Source: a virus
Lineage: Duplodnaviria; Caudoviricetes
IMG/VR virus record: IMGVR_UViG_3300030107_005542
Coordinates: 1 to 26,723 of that record
DNA length: 26,723 nucleotides
Direction: 5' to 3' (one strand)
Every line of letters starts with the position of its first letter. Position 1 is the first letter of the stretch. Both the position numbers and the translations under genes were made by a program. A model generated the notes under the pieces. That model did no database searches and had not been told where the DNA came from. It saw only the letters and a list, made by a program, of their open reading frames with translations. This document shows positions 19,001-26,595 of this stretch, one piece after another.

Positions 19001-21096
19001 AAATTACCACTTTTACCATATGCATGGTTAATCTGCCTATCCCAAAGAGGAGGGAGAAGACTGTTATTCCATATAGTAGGGTCTCCATTTGCATCTGTAG
19101 TTTTATGTTCACTAAATAAATGAACAATATTTTCACTTTTTTGAGGCCCTCTTAAATCATAAGATGCTTCTTCTTCAAAAGATCCTCCCCCAACATCAGG
19201 AGCTGCTACACTAAATTTCATAGCAGGTTTCATTATCCCAGTACAAATTCTTTTAGCGTCTGTACTTTCTCTTTTAAGACGAACTATTTGATAACTTGTT
19301 ATTTGATTTTGTAAAGAAGGAGGTAAATTTATAGTAAATTTTATTCCTAAAGCATAAGCAAAAGTATTTACATACCCAGCAAGAAAATCAGAGTTAGTAT
19401 TAATTCCGTCTTCTGGATTTGATGTATTTATATCTCCAAAATTTCCTACTTCTTTACTTAAAGGAAAATATTTAGTACCAGATTCATTTGTTACAGAATC
19501 TTCTTCAGAAATATCAGGAAATTTAATATCTCCGATATATTCTACAAAAGAAGCATTACCTTTTTTATCATAAAAAACTATACCAAATCTATATGTCTCT
19601 CCTCTTTTATATCCTCTAAGAAGACCCGAATGAAAAGGAGAAGCAAAAGAATCCCAAGTAGTATTAGCATAATTACCGTATCCATCATATAAATTTATAG
19701 GTTCATTATTTTCATGATTTAATCTTGCAAAAGCTGCAGTAGGTTCATTATCTACTAAAAATCTTCTTATATCAAAAGTATATGAAATATTAGGGCCATT
19801 TCCTCCTAATCTTAATTCTCCATTATTAAGTAATGGATTTTGATATTTATGTTGAGAATGATTATGCCAATTTTCATCCCAATGAGCATCTTGATTATAT
19901 CCTGGATGTCCTGCGGCTGTTTCTACATTAAAAGCATTTTTTAATGCATCAGAAGTAGGAAGATTTCCTGATGAATCATACCTACCTGTTTTTGCATCAA
20001 AAGTTTCTCCTTCTGCTAATATATCTTGAACACTAAACATAGCCCCTCTAATATTAGCTACTACCAAAGAACTATCTTTAGGAGCTAATGTTTTAGGAGT
20101 TTTAAAAGGAAGAGTTTTAATTGTAAATTCATCTAAAGTAAGTTCTTCTATAGTAGTTTCAGCTCCAGTATGTATAAAAACTGTATTAGGACTATTTAAA
20201 GAAATAGCTTTTGTTTCTATAGAAAATATTTCAGGAACTCCAGTATAAGAAGTTAGTATAGAACAAATAAGTTCTATTTCAGTATAAACATTTTGATATT
20301 GTTGAGTATCAATAGTAATTTCTGTAGCTTTAGAAGCATTTTCAGGATCCCCTTGACTATTTAAAATTTTATCCCCCGTATATGCTCTAGTATTAAATTC
20401 TATATCTGAATCTGATACAATATGAATTAAGTTTCCAGGAGGAGAAATCATAGTTCTTTTTCCATCTGCAGTTATTAATCTATAAGCATATTGATACTGT
20501 CCTCTAACTAATGCTCCTGAAGAACTAATATTAGTAAGAAGAGGTTGAGTATAAGTTATACTAGGAAAAGCATCTATTACAGATACATCTGGATAAGTTG
20601 CATAAGTATCTAAAGCAGGGTCTACAATATTAATAGATCTAAAATAATTAAAGTAATCTGTCCAATATACTCTTTGAATGGGTTCTCCTTCAAAACGACC
20701 TAATGCTTCTATAGGACGTTTTTTACTAAAATACAATTCATTACTTTTATAAATTATTTTAGGATCTCCTGCAACAAGAGTTTGATCAATTTCAGAATAT
20801 TCTAATTTAAAAACCCATCCTCTAGTATCACTATCATCTGCAGTAAAAAATACTATAGTATCTCTTATTGAAGTAGCCCCAATAATTTTCATAGTTCCTG
20901 TAATACCTATATCAGTATCAGTAGTAGGTAAACTAAAATAAGATTTATTACCTTTAATATTAGTAACAGATCCTTGAGATTCTCCTACATCTGTAGTAAT
21001 TCTAATGTCTAAAGCATCAATATAAATACCTTTTTGTGTAGTATCAGCACTAAAATCTGTTCTTAGACCTTTATAAAATTTTACTCCTCTTTTCAT
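16057..21096 (-). CDS. Tail stabilisation / muzzle protein (crAss-like Tstab), 1679 aa
   Basis: Beta-rich protein with VYWTDYFNYFRSINI, GYKRGETYRFGIVFYDKKG, IFGGDIF and a C-terminal KWRMKIPR...DRLRSTY. Lies immediately downstream of the tail tubular gene, as in crAss-like phages. Confidence 0.8.
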   Translation of the reverse strand: MKRGVKFYKGLRTDFSADTTQKGIYIDALDIRITTDVGESQGSVTNIKGNKSYFSLPTTDTDIGITGTMKIIGATSIRDTIVFFTADDSDTRGWVFKLEYSEIDQTLVAGDPKIIYKSNELYFSKKRPIEALGRFEGEPIQRVYWTDYFNYFRSINIVDPALDTYATYPDVSVIDAFPSITYTQPLLTNISSSGALVRGQYQYAYRLITADGKRTMISPPGNLIHIVSDSDIEFNTRAYTGDKILNSQGDPENASKATEITIDTQQYQNVYTEIELICSILTSYTGVPEIFSIETKAISLNSPNTVFIHTGAETTIEELTLDEFTIKTLPFKTPKTLAPKDSSLVVANIRGAMFSVQDILAEGETFDAKTGRYDSSGNLPTSDALKNAFNVETAAGHPGYNQDAHWDENWHNHSQHKYQNPLLNNGELRLGGNGPNISYTFDIRRFLVDNEPTAAFARLNHENNEPINLYDGYGNYANTTWDSFASPFHSGLLRGYKRGETYRFGIVFYDKKGNASFVEYIGDIKFPDISEEDSVTNESGTKYFPLSKEVGNFGDINTSNPEDGINTNSDFLAGYVNTFAYALGIKFTINLPPSLQNQITSYQIVRLKRESTDAKRICTGIMKPAMKFSVAAPDVGGGSFEEEASYDLRGPQKSENIVHLFSEHKTTDANGDPTIWNNSLLPPLWDRQINHAYGKSGNFNTLNNQKIRSVPFPCLGAFINFSSADLSYKTPEVMEAINSGACLLMTGRYGNYYSSLEYPSNWPGRDDDTYYIWTGGLTGKPPIGLPNFAPGLGLLPWCPSGIFGGPVGMPNPHHLENGEEYFENCRSRDPMFNRKKAYDIHQWYDSATYGNATDREDLGNDTRDRRRKLRTVGQVDKTTTKKAIEYIKYIKDLKLINYTDGRQDNDGSLGVANKDLNGNLGPFNGFDDSNTNQTYYFRNFYAYLGVGPLDINGNATGSNISLNNHLDGAGGQTGVMTNNGLIGWPHNSAFYKGASGAMATLTYIDSDPLTGASITWGTHSPFHYFRTWDGSDTPACQPLNIEGGDVNVYGPINRPLRIEMESSTPILDILMPRAEVYSGFTQTALEDNVFMPASPVIKKVNLAPTIFGGDIFLNMWTFQEGTTWNNENFYNKAKLWQLGWLQEWRAQGFMRNESSTICMVTESRVNIALAYGSTTKTHVEKDVSGGPSGYTKEMWRQENDNTVTTWGKTKHMYKNSYEFTYSAEANTIAYVIKPDEFSSGNVNDIRAYISQEKINEEIIDSWNIFGINDYIDVEDHGPINRIINWKDNVYYFQNTGVGRYSINPRAVTSTEDGVPTELGSAKGLQDFIYISNNFGSIHQWAVADTDTGIYSFDGIHKKIFRINQSNAPLSEIKGIHGLLKNLSGDFLLFKDIDNKDGSGGDNPIMNRGVHIAKDKINNEVIFTFLGTFESTPLNYNTSYTIGQYVVYNGIYYLITTSYTSGDSTNMGDKELLDELIRMSDQVIAPNNTLSIVYDEVADEFSTRFSATPTIYLENGNILLSGDNNPAIDSTTGMPIDNNDKVYQHNVGNWGEFYGVQKEMSIKLILNENADFNKVLRTIEFNSIVRNDDKVIDREQTITAFQVETEYQNTGKIPFSSNRIKRRFDKWRMKIPRDVNNLEGGVAKDRLRSTYFTLTLYFDNSYNKELILDRILYYYDVQMF

Positions 21097-21097
21097 C

Positions 21098-21904
21098 TTA
21101 ACTTGCTAAATTAGAAGGACTTTGTGTTATTTTACTAGGTGTTGAATAACTATCTGCAGAATTATCACGGAAATTACGTTGTTCTGGTAATTGTAAGTTA
21201 GCAAAGAAAGAAGCATGTGCTTGAATATCAGGTATAGTTCTTACATAAGAATTTTTAGTAGATTCTGCTTGATCAACATTTTGATCTAATTTAGATTGAT
21301 TAACTGCTTGTGCAAAATACCAATCTCTATCTTGCATTATTTCCATATAAAAATCTTTATCAATAGAATTAGTTCTTCTTAATCTTCTAGCTTGTTTCCA
21401 TGCTAAATGATGAGAAGCTGCTTCCATCCACGCTTGTTCTGCAGGAATTACAGGATACCCTTCTTCATCTACAGGAAGAGTTTCTATAGCTATTGCTAAA
21501 TATCCTTTAGAAAAAGAAGTAAAGATATAACCATTTTCTACTGTATAAGTACAAATAGATTCTGTAGTATAATCTCTATCATCTCTATGATATCTTTTAT
21601 GAAAATGATCAGTTGCCCATCTCATAGGTAATAATCTTCCTTTTGAACATTCTGATTCTGTTAAATTTTCTACTCCTTCTAATTTAGAAACTTGTATAAT
21701 TTTATAAAGATTATAAGGAAGATCTGCTCTACCATCACAAACTTCAAGATAGGCTACACTATTATCCATAACAATCCCAACTTTTGTTTGAGCCATAAAT
21801 TCTGCTATCCACTCCATACCTGCTTCATCTTTGATTTCAAAACCAAAGTCACGAAACTGTTTGTCCATGATTGCTCTATATGATACTGTGTTTCCTGTAT
21901 ACAT
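21098..21904 (-). CDS. Tail tubular / ring protein (crAss-like Ttub)
   Basis: 268 aa; YTVENGYIFTSFSKGYLAIAIETLPVDEEGYPVIP is typical of this family. Position between the IHF-like and muzzle genes. Confidence 0.75.
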   Translation of the reverse strand: MYTGNTVSYRAIMDKQFRDFGFEIKDEAGMEWIAEFMAQTKVGIVMDNSVAYLEVCDGRADLPYNLYKIIQVSKLEGVENLTESECSKGRLLPMRWATDHFHKRYHRDDRDYTTESICTYTVENGYIFTSFSKGYLAIAIETLPVDEEGYPVIPAEQAWMEAASHHLAWKQARRLRRTNSIDKDFYMEIMQDRDWYFAQAVNQSKLDQNVDQAESTKNSYVRTIPDIQAHASFFANLQLPEQRNFRDNSADSYSTPSKITQSPSNLAS

Positions 21905-21906
21905 TT

Positions 21907-22167
21907 TTAATTATCTTTTAAGAAAGTTTCTAATTTATCTGCTAAAGATTTTTCTTCCATAGGATTATCTTTATGAATAGTTTCTGTTTTATCATGTATC
22001 CATTCATCGTCTTTTTCATAACAATGAACAACACTCTTTATAAATCCATTATCTACTTCACGTACAACAATTTCTTTATAACTTCCGTCTTCAAAGTTTT
22101 CTCTTTTTTCCCAAGACTTTTTTCCTTTGGCTTTATAACCTCCCATTTTTCCTAATTTTAATAACAT
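21907..22167 (-). CDS. Small hypothetical protein (about 80-87 aa)
   Basis: Fills the gap between the IHF-like and tail tubular genes. True start is probably ATG 22167 (just past the upstream stop at 22169) or ATG 22146, rather than the track's 22203. Confidence 0.6.
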   Translation of the reverse strand: MLLKLGKMGGYKAKGKKSWEKRENFEDGSYKEIVVREVDNGFIKSVVHCYEKDDEWIHDKTETIHKDNPMEEKSLADKLETFLKDN

Positions 22168-22168
22168 T

Positions 22169-22702
22169 TTATCCATAATAAAAAACTTTTCTATGAGGAT
22201 CACTCACTATTTTAGTAATTAATCTAGAGTATTGACGAGAAGGAACAAATTTATAGAACCCTCTATATTTTACTACTGAAGTAAGTTTATCCCATAAATG
22301 TAGATAAAACTCTCCTTTAGTGTGGTCATTCTCGTGATAGATAACAGTTTTATTTTTTATTTCTGTTATCTCATCTCTAGTTTTTCCTTTATATTTATTT
22401 TCCCAATACTTCCAAGTTTTTTTCCAATTAACTTTTAAAGTATCGGCTCTGTTTCCATCTTTTTTAAAGTAATGCAATTTTTTAGCTTGTATTCTAATAA
22501 AACCTAGCTTACCAAGTTTTAATTGCATATTTTCTTCAACAATTGCTTTACTAAATGTAATTAACAATTCTTTTAAGAAAGAAGAGTATTCTTTTCTTTC
22601 CATTCTAGGAAATTTAGTATTTTTTCTATAATGACTATAAAAATCATACTTTTTAATATCTCCTTTATTTTTTCCTCTTCCTCTTTTTAAATATTTATTC
22701 AT
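22169..22702 (-). CDS. IHF/HU-like basic DNA-binding protein of the crAss-like tail block
   Basis: Very Lys-rich. Helix followed by LKLGKLGFIRIQAKK and a C-terminal YKFVPSRQYSR, resembling the HU/IHF GxF and FxP motifs. Position upstream of Ttub is conserved in crAss-like phages. Confidence 0.7.
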   Translation of the reverse strand: MNKYLKRGRGKNKGDIKKYDFYSHYRKNTKFPRMERKEYSSFLKELLITFSKAIVEENMQLKLGKLGFIRIQAKKLHYFKKDGNRADTLKVNWKKTWKYWENKYKGKTRDEITEIKNKTVIYHENDHTKGEFYLHLWDKLTSVVKYRGFYKFVPSRQYSRLITKIVSDPHRKVFYYG

Positions 22703-23436
22703 TACTGTCTACGTTGTGCTTGTTGTCTTTGTGCAGGAGCAGGTGATGCTGTATCCGCTAAATCATCCTGAGAATTATTAGAATCATCTTGAGGAATTGA
22801 TCTTTTACGAAGTAATTGTTGCATAACTTGTTCTTTTACATAAGCCCACATCCACTGATTTACTGGATAAGGATCATTTGGAGTCCAACAAATATTGTTT
22901 TCTGAACATGATAAAAATTCAGCAATTTCTGTAGGATCTTCAAAAATACCTCTAATAGTTATCTTTTTAATTAAAGATACCATAGAACTTTTACTTATTA
23001 CATATATATACTGATCATATAAAAAAGCATATATAGTATTTTTAGTAGTTCTTCCTTCTCCTACAAAAGGAACTCTATCGTAGTCTATCAAATTAAATCT
23101 TTTAGCCGTGATAACTACAGGGCCTACAGAAGTAATACCTTTACTATGATGAAATTCTATTGTATTAGGAACTTTATTTTTTGTACGTAATATCTTACAT
23201 CCTATTGGAATAGTAGTACAAGGACAGTTATCTGGAGAAACTAATTCTAATTCTTCACAATAAGATTGTTGAACATTAGGGTCTATTTCTCTAGTTCTAT
23301 TATATTCGTTTCTTATAAATAAGGAACGTTGTTCATTTATAAGATCTGTATAATAACGTGTATCAAAGATAGAGTCTGAATTTGTAATATTCAAAGCTTC
23401 ATCTAACTGGCTATGTAAATCTACTAAAGGTAACAT
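22702..23436 (-). CDS. Putative tail ring/connector protein
   Basis: 244 aa with helical N- and C-termini around a beta core (LRTKNKVP, YIYV, IRGIFEDP). Located in the tail block, with a TAATG overlap to the IHF-like gene. Confidence 0.6.
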   Translation of the reverse strand: MLPLVDLHSQLDEALNITNSDSIFDTRYYTDLINEQRSLFIRNEYNRTREIDPNVQQSYCEELELVSPDNCPCTTIPIGCKILRTKNKVPNTIEFHHSKGITSVGPVVITAKRFNLIDYDRVPFVGEGRTTKNTIYAFLYDQYIYVISKSSMVSLIKKITIRGIFEDPTEIAEFLSCSENNICWTPNDPYPVNQWMWAYVKEQVMQQLLRKRSIPQDDSNNSQDDLADTASPAPAQRQQAQRRQ

Positions 23437-23454
23437 ATAACAAATATATTAAAA

Positions 23455-24240
23455 TTATGGTTTATTATTTACCATTTTATAATGTAAAAAGTCCATGTAA
23501 ACTTTATTGTTTACTTTAAAGGACGTATCACATGTTCTATCTGTACAAGAAAGATAATGTTGAATTGTTCCTGCAGCAGTAGTATAGGTTTTTCTTAATC
23601 TTCCTAATTCACCGCATTCTGGGCAATTAAACTTATCTCCACCTCTTAATACAGCATATTGCATGTTAGGCTTAATATAAGCATTTATTTTATTAAATAC
23701 AGCTTCTAATGAAACTATATCTCCATCTCCGTAATATAATAAATGATCTAAAGCCTTTCTATCTTTATTAATTATTACGTTTATCCAAGTATCTAATCCT
23801 CCTGCATCTTTTTTACTTGGTAGTCCATAATATTTACAAACTTCTTTTAAAGAGTTACTAGGAAGATTTAAATATTTTTTACATAATTTATATGTATCTA
23901 TTTCGTTATAGGTATGTCTCATAGGAATACCGTGTCTAATAGCTCTTGTTCTTATCCAAGGAGTATCGAATCTTTTACCGTTATGAGTAATAATTTCGTC
24001 AGCCTTGTCCATTTCTTTTATAAAGGTTTCTACAAGTTTTTTATCACATTGCTTTTTTAAACCCCAGTTTAAATTATGAACCTTATCTTTTCCTTCCCAC
24101 TTCCAATGAATAGAAATAATTTTAGCATATTCTAAAATTTGTTCTGGCCCTATTCTTTGATTAAATCCTGGTCTCCAAAAATGTCCTTTACAAAAAGACG
24201 TTTCTATATCATAAAATAATCTTTTTCTTGTGAGCTTCAT
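23455..24240 (-). CDS. RNase H-like / DEDD-type 3'-5' exonuclease with C-terminal zinc ribbon
   Basis: ExoI LFYDIETS, ExoII HNGKRFD, IDT, ExoIII YGDGD, and a Cys cluster CPEC...CTDRTC. Confidence 0.8.
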   Translation of the reverse strand: MKLTRKRLFYDIETSFCKGHFWRPGFNQRIGPEQILEYAKIISIHWKWEGKDKVHNLNWGLKKQCDKKLVETFIKEMDKADEIITHNGKRFDTPWIRTRAIRHGIPMRHTYNEIDTYKLCKKYLNLPSNSLKEVCKYYGLPSKKDAGGLDTWINVIINKDRKALDHLLYYGDGDIVSLEAVFNKINAYIKPNMQYAVLRGGDKFNCPECGELGRLRKTYTTAAGTIQHYLSCTDRTCDTSFKVNNKVYMDFLHYKMVNNKP

Positions 24241-24246
24241 GATGTT

Positions 24247-24272
24247 TGTTTTTAGTTTTAGTTTTTAGTTTT
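24247..24272. repeat. Short imperfect tandem repeat (GTTTTTA)-like in an intergenic spacer
   Basis: gtttttagttttagtttttagttttta spans the spacer between the endolysin stop and the exonuclease start. Confidence 0.6.
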
Positions 24273-25189
24273 TATAGGTTTTTTAACATTTCTACTAGTT
24301 CTTTTTGTGGAAAACAATCAAACTTATCTTTCCTGACATTAGTATGAGACCATAATCCAAATTGTCTTGCATAATAAGCATCTTCATTAAATTCAAATGC
24401 ATCTTTAGGATCTACCCCATCTTTTAACATTTTAGGTATGCCGTTTACTAAATCCATTTTAGGATATATATCTTTAAGATGTAATAGTAATAATCTTAAA
24501 CTTTCTATTTGTTTATCTGAGTAAGCATGCCAGTATTGATGTCCTCTAAATTTATATCCTAAGTCACATACAAATTCTGGTTTAACTTCTGTATTAACAT
24601 ATGTATAATACTTATCTCCTTTTTTAGTTAAGTATCCAAAGTTATTAAGCTCTACACCTCCTGAAAATTTAGAAATATTAAAACTACCTACTTTACCTAA
24701 GTGCCAGCCTAAATAGTTATTAGGAAAAGCTTCAACTACAACACCGTCATATTTTGAACCATTACCTTTAACATTAGTTCCTCCTATAACATATTGTGTA
24801 GCAACTCTTCCTCTTTTATCTTTATTCCAGTTACTTACACATGCAAATGGATTATCCCATCCTGCTGTGTGGTGTATAAAAAATCCAAGAGGTTCTATTT
24901 TACCATAATCTCTTACATACTCATTTTTATCTAAGTATTGACGAGTAATATTTAAACCATCTTTTGTAGTATATTCTGTTTCTTCAGAAGCTGAAGAAGA
25001 ATCTGTATCAATACCTATAGCTTCCCAAGTTTTAGTTCCAACTATTCCGTCAGCATCTAAATCATTATCTTTTTGAAACTTTTTTACTACTGCTTCTGTT
25101 CCTGCACCAAATATTCCATCTGCTGCTATACCTAAAGCTTTTTGTAATTCCTTTACTTCTGATCCTCTAGATCCTTTTTTTAGTAACAT
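24272..25189 (-). CDS. Endolysin: N-terminal PG_binding_1 domain plus N-acetylmuramoyl-L-alanine amidase (Amidase_2)
   Basis: LKKGSRGSEVKELQKAL...DGIFGAGTEAVVKKFQ...DGIVGTKTW (peptidoglycan binding); IHHTAG, WHLG, GVELNNFG and SHTNVRKDKFD (Zn amidase motifs). Confidence 0.9.
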   Translation of the reverse strand: MLLKKGSRGSEVKELQKALGIAADGIFGAGTEAVVKKFQKDNDLDADGIVGTKTWEAIGIDTDSSSASEETEYTTKDGLNITRQYLDKNEYVRDYGKIEPLGFFIHHTAGWDNPFACVSNWNKDKRGRVATQYVIGGTNVKGNGSKYDGVVVEAFPNNYLGWHLGKVGSFNISKFSGGVELNNFGYLTKKGDKYYTYVNTEVKPEFVCDLGYKFRGHQYWHAYSDKQIESLRLLLLHLKDIYPKMDLVNGIPKMLKDGVDPKDAFEFNEDAYYARQFGLWSHTNVRKDKFDCFPQKELVEMLKNL

Positions 25190-25195
25190 AATTTA

Positions 25196-25414
25196 TTATT
25201 TTCTATTAGCAAACTTTTCTAGACCTGCTATTCCGAAGCATCCTAAAACTATTAATACGAATGAATTATAAGTAAATTCATTTATAAGTAAATCTTTACC
25301 AAACCATCCTGTTATAATGTCAACAAACATTACTAAACACATTACTAAAAATGCAATAAATCCTACAATTGTTTTTTCATTCCAATCGTTATTGTCTTTA
25401 AATATATTCCACAT
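25196..25414 (-). CDS. Putative holin (72 aa, two transmembrane helices)
   Basis: Two hydrophobic segments (IVGFIAFLVMCLVMFV; FVLIVLGCFGIAGL) and a basic C-terminus; directly upstream of the endolysin. Confidence 0.65.
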   Translation of the reverse strand: MWNIFKDNNDWNEKTIVGFIAFLVMCLVMFVDIITGWFGKDLLINEFTYNSFVLIVLGCFGIAGLEKFANRK

Positions 25415-25425
25415 AATTTTTGTTT

Positions 25426-25773
25426 TTAATAAGATTCCGACATTAGAATCTCGTCTATTTTATCTTGTACTTGGGATTTAGTAGCTTTTATACTAAATGA
25501 TATATCTGCTTGATATCTTTTAACCTCTTTACCATGATTAAATATAATAATAGTAGGAACTACTACTATTTCATGTTTTGCTTGAGATTTAGTATCTACA
25601 GCAATATCACATCTTTTTATTTTAGCATCGCTTAACCCACTTACCCATTTTACATTATTAGCAGAGTTCCACCCTGCATTAAAGTGCACCACTGTTAATT
25701 CACCCCCTATTTTTAGTTGGCCAAATAAAGTAAAAGGAAGTAGTAATAATGATATTAATACTAGCTTTTTCAT
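25426..25773 (-). CDS. Secreted thioredoxin-fold protein lacking the CxxC motif
   Basis: Probable start ATG 25773 gives a signal peptide MKKLVLISLLLLPFTLFG. VVHFNAGWNSAN sits at the WCxxC position, and IVVVPTIIIFNHGKEVKR matches the cis-Pro region of thioredoxins. Confidence 0.7.
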   Translation of the reverse strand: MKKLVLISLLLLPFTLFGQLKIGGELTVVHFNAGWNSANNVKWVSGLSDAKIKRCDIAVDTKSQAKHEIVVVPTIIIFNHGKEVKRYQADISFSIKATKSQVQDKIDEILMSESY

Positions 25774-25774
25774 A

Positions 25775-26152
25775 TTATTCAAATACACCGTATTCTATTA
25801 AACATCCTGTATTTGCATTAGCATATACTCTAATATCACTTGTATCTGCTGCCCAAGGAAATAATGCCCAGTCACCAGGTGTTAAATACATTTCATATTG
25901 ATTTGTTGCTGATTCAGCATCTAATTTAATAAATAAGTTTAATGCCCCTGCATTTTTTAAATAAACATAAGCTCCTGCTGTATGATTAGCATGACTTATA
26001 ATTGTTTTTGGTGTGTCACTAGATATAACAGTAATATTATCTCTAGTAATACCTCCTTCAGTAACTGTAGCAGTTTTTTCTACCACGGAAGATAGGTTAT
26101 CGCTAGTTAAGTCTGTACTAGTAGTAGTACATTTAAGTGTAATTGTTGCCAT
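25775..26152 (-). CDS. Small beta-rich protein, probably structural; paralogue of 26175..26564
   Basis: Thr/Ser-rich; shares DLT.D.LS, GGI.R, GA.V.L.N, GDWAL.PWA and EYG.F with its neighbour. Confidence 0.6.
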   Translation of the reverse strand: MATITLKCTTTSTDLTSDNLSSVVEKTATVTEGGITRDNITVISSDTPKTIISHANHTAGAYVYLKNAGALNLFIKLDAESATNQYEMYLTPGDWALFPWAADTSDIRVYANANTGCLIEYGVFE

Positions 26153-26174
26153 TTTCTTTTTTTTAAATAATTAA

Positions 26175-26564
26175 TTAATTAAATATTCCATATTCTAAAA
26201 TATTGTTTACTGTTTCAGCATAAGCTTCAAGACTTTTTGGAGTAGTACTACTACTTCCTGCCCATGGGACTAAAGCCCAATCTCCTCCGCTTAATATAAT
26301 TTGATCTGTTGTAGAATCAAATGATATATAGATTTTTTCACCTGAAGTTGATGCTGAAGGATTATAAAGCCATACTCTAGCTCCCTGTGTGTATAAGTCT
26401 TCATCAGCAATAATTACTGGTGATGTTATATCATTTGATTCGATTTTTTGTCTCATAATACCTCCCTGAGTTGCAGAGCCTAAAGTATTTGAAACGGTTA
26501 CTGAAAGACTATCTGTAGTTAAATCTCCAGAGATTATAGATAGTACGTGATTTACTGTTGCCAT
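26175..26564 (-). CDS. Small beta-rich protein, probably structural; paralogue of 25775..26152
   Basis: Same shared motifs as the neighbour; A-rich start context AAAAATGGCAAC. Confidence 0.6.
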   Translation of the reverse strand: MATVNHVLSIISGDLTTDSLSVTVSNTLGSATQGGIMRQKIESNDITSPVIIADEDLYTQGARVWLYNPSASTSGEKIYISFDSTTDQIILSGGDWALVPWAGSSSTTPKSLEAYAETVNNILEYGIFN

Positions 26565-26595
26565 TTTTATTTTTTTAAAAGTTAATATTAATTTT

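Noticed and set aside
18951-19136. 61-aa alternative-frame minus-strand ORF with hydrophobic stretches
   Set aside because: Nested out of frame in the muzzle gene; the hydrophobicity is expected from shifted AT-rich codons.
21692-22155. Plus-strand ORFs 21692..21883 and 21973..22155
   Set aside because: Antisense shadows of the tail tubular gene and the small hypothetical gene.
25774-25788. GTG start at 25788 for the thioredoxin-like gene
   Set aside because: Overlaps the upstream gene; ATG 25773 follows its stop directly and gives a clean signal peptide.
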